In this document: in pieces, positions 18,393-26,784 of the stretch
Layout: each line of letters opens with the position of its first letter
Numbering within the stretch: position 1 is the first letter of the stretch
Origin: Methanothermobacter thermautotrophicus str. Delta H
GTDB lineage: Archaea > Methanobacteriota > Methanobacteria > Methanobacteriales > Methanothermobacteraceae
Direction: 5' to 3'
DNA length: 32,000 bases
Assembly: GCF_000008645.1 (NCBI RefSeq)
Contig: NC_000916.1
Coordinates: 870,001 to 902,000, forward strand
Made by a program: the position numbers and the translations under genes
The notes under the pieces: generated by a model
Seen by the model: the letters and a program-made list of their open reading frames with translations, nothing else
Database searches by the model: none
What the model was told of the DNA's origin: nothing

Positions 18393-18722
18393 TCAGGATT
18401 CAACAGGGCTCACTTTCTTCTCCACCGAGACATCGGGTGATATTATCAGTATATCCCCAACTGCCTGTACCCTGTCATAGTTTATGTCTATTATGCCCTC
18501 CTCCTGTATGGGCCTTATCTCATCGGATTCAGGCACTATCCTTATGCTTGTCTTGAGGACGTCCTTTATACCCACGTTCTTCTTGTCATGCCGCATTGGC
18601 CTCACCTTGAGGGTTGAGACACGTCCCTTCTTGATGTTGAGGACAACATCCTGGACCCTTCCAACGTATTTACCCCTTGATGTGTATATTTCAAGTCCAT
18701 ATAGACTGGATAATTCAACCAT
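18393..18722 (-). CDS. PRC-barrel domain protein
   Basis: MVELSSLYGLEIYTSRGKYVGRVQDVVLNIKKGRVSTLKV; ATG 18722 behind GGTGG. Supplied ORF starts at 18758. Confidence 0.8.
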   Translation of the reverse strand: MVELSSLYGLEIYTSRGKYVGRVQDVVLNIKKGRVSTLKVRPMRHDKKNVGIKDVLKTSIRIVPESDEIRPIQEEGIIDINYDRVQAVGDILIISPDVSVEKKVSPVES

Positions 18723-18878
18723 TTTTCCACCACCAGACAGTTTAACAGGGAGCTCCACTGCATAAACCTGCTATTGGTTAATATTATTGTTTATAGCTTA
18801 AATACTTATAGGGAAATAATAGATCAGTGCGGCGGCAGAAAAGAGGCCGTTTCTTCATGATTGTGGATGGTGATTGGA

Positions 18879-19601
18879 ATGTGGGATACCAGTAAGGATT
18901 ACAGACTCATGGTTGCAGTTAAGGCAGTTGACCTCTTCAGGAGGACCCTTGAATCAGGGGGCTTCAGGGGGCAGTGGAAGAAGAAGCCCGCCCTTCAGGC
19001 TGCCGGTGAAATTGAGAGGATACTTCAGGGCCTCACATACTGTTACATGGAACCAGAAGATCTTGCCTCAAGCCCCGAGGTCATGGAGATCAAGGGAAAG
19101 GTTGAGGAGATAGTTGAGGCCCTTGGTGGTGAGGACTGGAGCCGGAGGTTCCTTGAGGAGGCCCCGCGTGAGGAGAGGGAGAAGGTTGAGGAGAACATTG
19201 CAAGGGTGCGGTTCTTCCTGAACACCCTTGGAAACCTTGACAGGAGGCTCATGCTCGGAAAGATATCTGACCCTGTGATCGGAGTTGATATAATTACAGG
19301 TGAGGTCATGAGCGTGGGGAACCATCCCGTGGCAGATAAGCTGCATGTGTGCAACGTGAATGCTGGTGGGAGGTCAATAAAGGTCGTCACCAATGACCTC
19401 GATGTCCGTGAGAATGACCATGTGGCTGTGGCACTCCTCCCCCCACAGAATTTCATGGGCGTGACCAGTGAGGGAATGTTCCTTGGTGTTGAAGGTGTCC
19501 TGAGGGATGTGGATGGTGAACCCGGTGAAATGCCCAGGGGGATACCCCTCGAGGCCCTCAACGAAACCCGGAACCTTGTTGAGGAGTTCCTGAAGAGTTA
19601 A
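18879..19601 (+). CDS. tRNA-binding (EMAP/MetG C-terminal-like) domain protein
   Basis: KISDPVIGVDIITGEVMSVGNHPVADKLHVCNVNAGGRSIKVVTNDLDVRENDHVAVALLPPQNFMGVTSEGMFLG resembles the OB-fold tRNA-binding domain. ATG 18879 behind GGTGAT. Confidence 0.8.
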   Translation: MWDTSKDYRLMVAVKAVDLFRRTLESGGFRGQWKKKPALQAAGEIERILQGLTYCYMEPEDLASSPEVMEIKGKVEEIVEALGGEDWSRRFLEEAPREEREKVEENIARVRFFLNTLGNLDRRLMLGKISDPVIGVDIITGEVMSVGNHPVADKLHVCNVNAGGRSIKVVTNDLDVRENDHVAVALLPPQNFMGVTSEGMFLGVEGVLRDVDGEPGEMPRGIPLEALNETRNLVEEFLKS

Positions 19602-20512
19602 CCCCTCCATGGCTCCCTTATGATCGCCCTGCAGACCCTGCTGCAGCTACCACAGTCACGTGGAATACTGCAACCCGCTGCCTTCAATCTGTCCTCAAGT
19701 CTCAGCTCAGAGGCCGGGTAGTAGCCAGAATAGTCAACCCTCTCAAGACCCTCTGCCCTGCATTCCTCAACGAGTCTCTCCATCAGCTCTCTGCCGGGCC
19801 CCCTGTGGTAGTAGAGCATGAAGTTTGGTCTGAAGCCTATGAGGCGGTAGGGTATCTCCGGGTCGATGGAGGCTATGAAGGCGGCTATTTCACGGATCTC
19901 ATGGTCATTGATCCCGGGGATCACCACTGTCCTGAAAACCCTTATCTTATCAGGGAACCTACCTGCAAGGTGGGCTGCGTTTCTGAGTACAGGTTCTGCA
20001 GGTGCACCTGTGAGGTTCCTGTGAAGCTCATCTGAAAGGGCCTTTATCTCAAAGCTGAAGAGTGATGTTAACCCTATGAGCCTCCTTAGGGTTCCAGGGG
20101 TTGAGAACCCGTTTGTTGCGAGGATAACACTGACATCGATTTCTTCCCTTACTCGCCTTACCAGCTCCTCAATGTAGGGTGTGTGTATGGATGGTTCTCC
20201 CCCTGTGAAGCTGATATTTGAGATTCGCTCATGTGATTTAATTGCAGTGATGGCCTCATCTGCAAGTTCCTCTGCTTCAACGTGTCCCCTGTAGATCCAG
20301 CCAGAGTGGGGGTACTGGGATATGCGGTAGGCGTTACAGTAGGCGCACCGGAATGGGCAGCACAGGAATGTGACGGAATAACTTCTCAGGGTTTCTGAGA
20401 TGGATGTGTATGCTATTTCTGTTTCTGATGCACCGCACACGCCCCTTTCCCCATCACTCCGATTTGCACCGCACCTCCACTCACAGAGCATGCATCTCCC
20501 TGATTCATCCAT
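19598..20512 (-). CDS. Radical SAM protein (PFL-activase-like) with extra N- and C-terminal Cys clusters
   Basis: CPFRCAYCNAYRISQYP (Cx3Cx2C), FTGGEP, plus N-terminal CMLCEWRCG...GVCG and C-terminal CSIPRDCGSCSRVC. Confidence 0.88.
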   Translation of the reverse strand: MDESGRCMLCEWRCGANRSDGERGVCGASETEIAYTSISETLRSYSVTFLCCPFRCAYCNAYRISQYPHSGWIYRGHVEAEELADEAITAIKSHERISNISFTGGEPSIHTPYIEELVRRVREEIDVSVILATNGFSTPGTLRRLIGLTSLFSFEIKALSDELHRNLTGAPAEPVLRNAAHLAGRFPDKIRVFRTVVIPGINDHEIREIAAFIASIDPEIPYRLIGFRPNFMLYYHRGPGRELMERLVEECRAEGLERVDYSGYYPASELRLEDRLKAAGCSIPRDCGSCSRVCRAIIREPWRG

Positions 20513-20671
20513 GGTAACAGTTTATGGGATGTGATTAATACATTTTTCTGAAAAGTAGGGGAGTTTTTATGCAGGTGATGAAAAGGTGAAGGTACTGTGA
20601 TATTGACGAATATCTCCAGAGAATAAAGATATGATGATGGCATTCCAAAAAAAATTAAAATTGGAATGGAT

Positions 20672-21856
20672 TTATGCTATCTGCCAGTAGGTGGATGTCT
20701 TCTTAACGTACCTGTAGGTCCAGTAGTATCTCCACTTGTATCTCCATTTACCGTAGTACCTGTACCATTTCTTGTACCATTTCTTCACCTTCACCTTAAC
20801 GTAGTAGGTGAGGGTCACTGGCTTCATGATTGTGTAACTTGCTGATGATACCGCTGATGATGCGCCGTTAACAACTGCAATGAATTTCAGTGCTGTTGAT
20901 TTGCTCAGAACCAGTGGCGCTGTGTATTTTGTGCTGTTGACTGTTGGTGTGGAGCCATTGGTTGTGTAGTATATTGTTGAGTTTGCAGGGCCTGTGAGTG
21001 TCACGGTAACATTTTTGAGGTATATTCCTGATGCCGGGCTTGCAGATGGTGCTGCTGGAGTTGATGTGACCGCTGCTGGTGTGAGGTCGCCCACGGTAAC
21101 ACTGTGGAGTCCTGCTGGCAGTTCGTATGTGAATGTGACTTCCCTGGTTTCTCCTGTGGCGAGGGTCACTGTCTTGGTGTCCTTCACCTCACCGTTGACC
21201 TTAAGCTCAGCTGTGTAGTCCCCTGCAACACCTGTGTTTGTGACATTGACTGTCACGTTCACGGTGAGGGGTGCGCTGCCGCTCAGGGGGTTAACTGTGA
21301 GGTTTGCCAGTGAGAAGTGTGGCTGCAGGTCCACTGTGAGGTTGGTGGAGTTCAGTACTGTTTCATTTTCAATTCCGCCGGTTGAATTCAGCTGGAATGC
21401 CACTGAACTTGCCCTTACCCTGAAGACCTTACCATTTGCATTTTCAACGACGAAGAGCCACCTGTAACTATTTCCATCTTCCATGAAGAGCTTTGCTGCT
21501 CCCTGGGGTACCGGTGCCCCTGTGAAGGAGCTGAGCCAGACCTCCTGGACACCTTCAGGTACCGTGTAATCTGCTGAGGGTCCGCTGAGGTCACCGGTGT
21601 AGTACCACTTTATGGTTGCATCTGTGATGTTACCCTCAAGGAGTTCAAGCTTTGCATCGACCGCAACTGTGGGATCAACGTCCTGGAGGTCATCACTGTA
21701 GTTAACATCGACAATTATCTGTGCGGGGTCCGAGGCGTTCTGCTGCATTGTCAGGTTAACAGCATTGGATGGTATATCTGCTGCTGATGCACCTGAGATA
21801 CCTGCAGCGAATGCAAGCAGGACCAGTAATGGTAGCACAATATGTTTGTCTTTCAA
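20672..21856 (-). CDS. Secreted/surface protein with CARDB-like and chitobiase C-terminal-like (CHB_HEX_C) repeats and an aromatic/cationic tail
   Basis: 394 aa; signal peptide IVLPLLVLLAFAAGISGASAA; LTVNPLSGSAPLTVNVTVNVTNTGVAGDYTAELKVNG; PASGIYLKNVTVTLTGPANSTIYYTTNGSTPT; tail VTLTYYVKVKVKKWYKKWYRYYGKWRYKWRYYWTYRYVKKTSTYWQIA. TTG start (21854-21856) behind GGAGGTG. Confidence 0.8.
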   Translation of the reverse strand: MKDKHIVLPLLVLLAFAAGISGASAADIPSNAVNLTMQQNASDPAQIIVDVNYSDDLQDVDPTVAVDAKLELLEGNITDATIKWYYTGDLSGPSADYTVPEGVQEVWLSSFTGAPVPQGAAKLFMEDGNSYRWLFVVENANGKVFRVRASSVAFQLNSTGGIENETVLNSTNLTVDLQPHFSLANLTVNPLSGSAPLTVNVTVNVTNTGVAGDYTAELKVNGEVKDTKTVTLATGETREVTFTYELPAGLHSVTVGDLTPAAVTSTPAAPSASPASGIYLKNVTVTLTGPANSTIYYTTNGSTPTVNSTKYTAPLVLSKSTALKFIAVVNGASSAVSSASYTIMKPVTLTYYVKVKVKKWYKKWYRYYGKWRYKWRYYWTYRYVKKTSTYWQIA

Positions 21857-22350
21857 GTTTTCACCTCCACATTATCATCAGATATTAGATAGATATATTT
21901 AATATAAAAATTTTTTTGTTTAACTGGAATCATAAGACTTAAGTTCTGTTATTAATTTAAATCTTGAGAATTTACATATAATTCAAGTCAAGTACATTAA
22001 AAATTGGTATGAACCATATTTACCTAGAAATAGCAGATTATGGCCCCCCCCAGATCCAGTCTCAGGTATTGTCATGAATCAGATCACTTCAAACATGACT
22101 GACAATTTTTTATTAAAAAAATAATTACATATACTTTTTTATTAAAAATTGTAGCTGCCTGAGAACCCTTTATAAAAATTTTGAACCCCCATTATGATCT
22201 GAATCACTCATATAGATCATATTAATCCAGAAAAACGCCAAAATATCCATTCAGATTACCCTTATTAAAATAGGGAACAATTCAGGGGATTATTCAGTTC
22301 TCAATCAAAGTTCTGAAAAATTAAGGAGAGGGTGCATTCAGCGGACCGGA

Positions 22351-23762
22351 TCAGTTTTCATTTAGGACTATCAGCTTTGTGCGTGTCATGTCCCTTATGG
22401 CGTACTTGACACCCTCCTTACCCATTCCACTGCACCTGAATCCCCGAAGGGCATGTGGTCCACCCTGAATGTGGACTGCTTGTTTACAAGCACTGTGCCT
22501 GCCTCAATTTCCCTGGCCATCCTGAGGGCCGTCCTTATGTTCTCTGTGAAGACCCCTGCCTGAAGTGCATAGCAGGTCCCGTTGGCAATTCTTATGGCCT
22601 CATCAGCACCATTAAACCTTATTATTGGGGAGACCGGGCCAAAGGTTTCCCTTTCAATAACCTCCATGCCGGGCACCACATGGTCAAGCACCGTGGGTTC
22701 AACAAAGTTACCCCTCCTTGAACCGCCACAGAGGAGTTCAGCACCATCCTCAACCGCCGCCCCGATTACCCTCTCAACCTCAATGGCGGCATCCTCATTT
22801 ATCAAGGGCCCAACATCTGTTCTTACATCCATTGGGTCCCCGGCCCTTAAACTCCCTGTTATGTTCACGAGTTTATCTGCGAATTCATCGGCCACGTCCT
22901 CATGGACTATCATCCTCTTAACGGCTATGCAGACCTGTCCAGAGTAGAGGTAGGATCCCCTCACAGCAGCCTCCACTGCAGAGTCGATGTCCGCGTCATC
23001 CATGACAATGAGGGGGTCGTTGCCTCCCAGTTCAAGGGTGATCTTCTTCATGGAGGCCCTGGCAGATATGTACCTCCCGACCTCAACACTTCCAGTGAAG
23101 GTTATCTTATCAACGAGGGGGCTGTCAATGATAACATCCCCCACCTCTGAGCCCCTCCCGGTTACAGCGTTAACAGCGCCGGCCGGGAAGTGCTCACTGA
23201 GGATCCATGCCAGCTTCAGTGCAGATAGTGGGGCCTCGAGGGATGGCTTAAGGATCGTGGTGTTACCGGCTGCAAGGGCCGGGCCAACCTTGTGTATTGC
23301 AAGGTTGAGGGGATAGTTGAAGGGGGTTATTGCCGCAACAACCCCGAGGGGGATTCTGACTGTGAAGCCAGTGAGACCCTTCCCGCCTATACCCGCGTCC
23401 ATGGGGATTGATTCACCGTAGAGCCTTCCTGCCTCCTCTGCAGAAAGCCTTGCAGTTTCAACTGACCTCTTCACCTCGTCACGTGAGAACCTTATTGGTT
23501 TTCCTGACTCAAGGGTTATCAGCCTTGCAAATTCATCCAGTTCTGTCTTCAGTTCGTCTGCAACGTCATAGAGTTTCTCAGATATCTTCCTGGCTGATAG
23601 GTCCGCCATTGCATCCCTGGCCCGGTGGGCCGCCCTTATGGCCCTCTCAACATCACTTCGACCTGCAAGTGGGACCCTATCCACCTCATCCCCGTTGAAG
23701 GGGTTCCTGACGGTGAAGATTTTCTCTCCACTCACCCCCTCGCCATCAATAATCATCTCCAT
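22351..23762 (-). CDS. NAD(P)-dependent aldehyde dehydrogenase, lactaldehyde dehydrogenase-like; apparent -1 frameshift near 22442-22445
   Basis: ORF 22395..23762 has ALDH signatures ([54 protein letters not shown]). Reading frame changes after MPFG; the alternative frame restores [30 protein letters not shown] ending at 22351. Confidence 0.88.
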
Positions 23763-23857
23763 CTGGAAACACCCCGTAAAGGATCAGCCCACAGAGACGT
23801 AGCCCTGCTCTGGATTATAGATTCAAAATTATAAATCAATCAAAGCCGGTATGTGCC

Positions 23858-24049
23858 CTAGAACTTGTTCTTAAGGCCCTTTATCGAGTTTGTAACATTC
23901 TGAACATCTGAGTTCATGGCTGTTTGAGATCCCCTGACATAGTTGCGGTACCATACAACCGCCACCGTTACGATGACTATTATACCCCCGAATACAAGTA
24001 TGAGTTCAGCGGATCCCTGACCTGATTCATCGGCAATTAAACCATGCAA
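23858..24049 (-). CDS. Small pilin-like protein with archaeal class III signal peptide
   Basis: 63 aa; DESGQGSAELILVFGGIIVIVTVAVVWYRNYV matches the QxSxExxxL class III motif followed by a hydrophobic helix. TTG start at 24049 behind GGGAGG. Confidence 0.75.
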   Translation of the reverse strand: MHGLIADESGQGSAELILVFGGIIVIVTVAVVWYRNYVRGSQTAMNSDVQNVTNSIKGLKNKF

Positions 24050-24062
24050 AGCCTTAACCTCC

Positions 24063-25004
24063 CTATGGTGCCATGCTACTTACAAGTGTCATTCCGAAAC
24101 TTCCTATCACATAGAATATTGCATATGCCATTATGGAGAGCGGAACAGCGAATTTAACACCCTTCCTTGCACTCCCGTACATTATGATGCCTATCAGGAG
24201 CCCTGCTATTATGGAGTGAATTATTATGTAGCCTGAAGCAGCGATCTTTGCAGCCCCAAGGATGGGGTTTGGTTTTCCCACTGACTCCATGAAACCTGAG
24301 TAGACCATTATCATCCCCAGGGCGAAGGGTGCTGCGATTATGGCCGCGACAACAAGGAACATGACTGACATCATGACGTTGGCCTTCCTCTCCCTCTTAA
24401 GTGCAAGTACCGCCCTCAGGTCCTCTGCAACGGTTTCAATGACATCTGAAAGGCTTCCACCGGCTCTTCTACCCTCAAGTATCATCCGGAATGTCCTGTC
24501 AAGGTTTTTTGACTTCAGGCGCTCGCTCATTGATAGTATGGCTTCATCGAATGTTCTGCCGATCTTTATCTCAATAACAGCCCTCTTCAGTTCATCATAG
24601 AGGGGTCCCTCCCCCTGTCGGGATACATCCTCAAGGGCTGATTCAAGGCCCACACCCGCCCTCAGGAGAGAGGCTATCTGCCTCAGGAAGTCGGGTGTTG
24701 ACTGTTCAATGGCATCAACGCGCCTCTCCATCATTATGAAGATGTACGCCCCCAGCATGATTGATGGCAGGGAGAATCCTACCAGTACTGCGAGGATAAC
24801 ACTTAAACCAAGAAGGGCTGCAACAACGGATGCGAGAACTGCAAATATGGCCCCTCCAAGGAATGCAAGGGTTACTATCTCTGATGCCTTTACATACAGC
24901 CCGGTCCTTATGAGGGTCTCCTGCAGCCTGAGGAGCAGCCTATCAGGTATTATGTTCTCAAGGGCATCGCTCATTGGTTTCAGTGCGCTTGGTACTACGG
25001 CCAT
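24063..25004 (-). CDS. Type II secretion system F / TadC-like membrane protein
   Basis: 313 aa with [52 protein letters not shown] and multiple TM helices. Confidence 0.82.
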   Translation of the reverse strand: MAVVPSALKPMSDALENIIPDRLLLRLQETLIRTGLYVKASEIVTLAFLGGAIFAVLASVVAALLGLSVILAVLVGFSLPSIMLGAYIFIMMERRVDAIEQSTPDFLRQIASLLRAGVGLESALEDVSRQGEGPLYDELKRAVIEIKIGRTFDEAILSMSERLKSKNLDRTFRMILEGRRAGGSLSDVIETVAEDLRAVLALKRERKANVMMSVMFLVVAAIIAAPFALGMIMVYSGFMESVGKPNPILGAAKIAASGYIIIHSIIAGLLIGIIMYGSARKGVKFAVPLSIMAYAIFYVIGSFGMTLVSSMAP

Positions 25005-25078
25005 CTCAACACCACATTCCAGTGTAACATCATGCTCTGTTACTAACTATCTGGCGCCTATTATTTATAATTACCACA

Positions 25079-26089
25079 TCAACTCAGTGCATCAGGCAGC
25101 CGGTTCATAACACCATCACCCACCACGACCATGTCCTCAACCCGCACACCGAACTCGCCCGGGATGTAGATCCCTGGTTCAACTGTCAGGACCATCCCTT
25201 TCCTCAGGACGGTTTCATCACCTGCTGCCAGGGATGGCTTTTCATGGACATCCAGGCCCACTCCATGACCTGTTGAGTGTATGAAGTTATCAGCATAGCC
25301 ATATTCCCCTATAACTCCTCTGACAGCACTGTCAACATCACATGCCCTTGCACCAGGTTTGAGGGCCTTCACCCCCGCCCTTTTAGCTTCAAGGACAATT
25401 TCAAGTACCTCATGCTCCCCTTCACCCTCAACGATTGTCCTTGTGGTGTCAGAGTGGTAGCCCTCCCTGACAGCCCCCCAGTCAATCAGTACCGGTGACT
25501 CGATGGTGTTTGCTGTTGGCACTGCATGGGGGATGCTTGACCTCTCCGATGATGCCACTATGGTGTCAAAGGAGACCCCCTCAGAACCGGCCAGGCGCAT
25601 GGTGTAGTCAAGTCTGGCGGCTATCTCAATTTCAGTCCCATTAAATTCAAGTTTTTTGAATGAGTTCTCTGCTATCCTCAGGGCCTCCTCCATCCTTTTA
25701 AGTTCCTCCCTGTCCTTGACCATCCTGATATCTGATACAGGATCCATGACCCTGAAGTCCCCACCGATGCCGAGCCTCTCAAGGAGGCCCACGGGGGTGG
25801 CCGGTTCAACAAGCACGCCTGAGAGGTCGAATGATTCCCTCACATCCCTTATTCTCTTGAAGGTCCTCACATCAACCCGGGATTTCGCCATGGCGGATTC
25901 TCTATCCATCTCACTCACAAGGAGTACCGGTTCATCCTCAAGGATCAGGAATGAGGTGGCTGTTGGCATGAAGCCTGAGAGGTAGTATATGTTCTTCCTT
26001 GCAGTTATAAGGGCCCTTTCGCCCTCCTCATGAATATTCTCAAGGGCACATTCGATTCTATTCAACCTATCACCTTTCCATACATCCAT
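25079..26089 (-). CDS. M24 family metallopeptidase (Xaa-Pro aminopeptidase/dipeptidase)
   Basis: 336 aa; PVLIDWGAVREGYHSDTTRTIV, FIHSTGHGVGLDVHEKPSL, LRKGMVLTVEPGIYIPGEFGVRVEDMVVV. Confidence 0.92.
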   Translation of the reverse strand: MDVWKGDRLNRIECALENIHEEGERALITARKNIYYLSGFMPTATSFLILEDEPVLLVSEMDRESAMAKSRVDVRTFKRIRDVRESFDLSGVLVEPATPVGLLERLGIGGDFRVMDPVSDIRMVKDREELKRMEEALRIAENSFKKLEFNGTEIEIAARLDYTMRLAGSEGVSFDTIVASSERSSIPHAVPTANTIESPVLIDWGAVREGYHSDTTRTIVEGEGEHEVLEIVLEAKRAGVKALKPGARACDVDSAVRGVIGEYGYADNFIHSTGHGVGLDVHEKPSLAAGDETVLRKGMVLTVEPGIYIPGEFGVRVEDMVVVGDGVMNRLPDALS

Positions 26090-26110
26090 TCATCACCAGA
26101 GGACAGAGAG

Positions 26111-26602
26111 TTAAATATCCTCTCCCTCATTCAGAAACTTAAGTATCCTCTCCCTCATTATGCCTTCAAGTTCATCCATAACAAGCTCCGGGACCTTACC
26201 TTCAAGTGGGACAGGTATGTGGCCGAACTCTCTGTCCCTGAAGGTTTCGCCTCCGAACCTGACCGGCCTGCTGTACCTTGGATGGAAGTGCCAGTGCACC
26301 TCAGGGTCCGGATCCTCTGATCTGAAGGCCGAGTTCTTGAAGCAGCTCCAGTTGAAGAGGTCCGGGTTGAAAAGTTCCCTCACGGCAGACTCAAGGCACC
26401 TTAGAATCCATGCAAAATCAGCCCACTCCCCATCCATGAGCTCTGAGAGGTCCCTGCACTTCCTTCTGAGGGCCACGACGCATGTCCCGAGGTATCGCTG
26501 GCTCGGTGCAAGGTAGATTATCCAGTGCCGTGTTCTGGCAAGTTCGCGTCCATAGTACCCATCCAGGCCACAGTATTCACAGGAAGCCACAGGAATCACC
26601 AC
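26111..26602 (-). CDS. HIT-superfamily-like protein (histidine-triad nucleotide hydrolase/transferase)
   Basis: 163 aa; LGTCVVALRRKCRDLSEL and EVHWHFHPRYSRPV carrying the HxHxH triad. Confidence 0.75.
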   Translation of the reverse strand: MVIPVASCEYCGLDGYYGRELARTRHWIIYLAPSQRYLGTCVVALRRKCRDLSELMDGEWADFAWILRCLESAVRELFNPDLFNWSCFKNSAFRSEDPDPEVHWHFHPRYSRPVRFGGETFRDREFGHIPVPLEGKVPELVMDELEGIMRERILKFLNEGEDI

Positions 26603-26635
26603 ACCATTTAATAAGGTTTAATTAAGAGTATACCT

Positions 26636-26647
26636 CCTTATATATAG
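26636..26647 (+). promoter_or_regulatory. Candidate TATA box upstream of the alcohol dehydrogenase locus
   Basis: CCTTATATATAG in an AT-rich spacer between divergent genes. Confidence 0.55.
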
Positions 26648-26663
26648 AACATGGGGTGCCATG

Positions 26664-26766
26664 ATGAAATCTGTACTGAACCAGGCACTGAAGAACATAA
26701 CATCCCATGAAATCTGTACTGAACCAGGCACTGAAGAACATAACATCCCATGAAATCTGTACTGAT
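26664..26766 (+). repeat. 43-bp perfect tandem duplication plus a partial third copy
   Basis: atgaaatctgtactgaaccaggcactgaagaacataacatccc at 26664-26706 and 26707-26749, then atgaaatctgtactgatccag from 26750. Confidence 0.95.
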
Positions 26767-26784
26767 CCAGATCAGGGACTGGTG

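Noticed and set aside
26664-26766. 43-bp repeat as CRISPR or transposon footprint
   Set aside because: Directly abutting copies with no spacers, no inverted repeats and no transposase.
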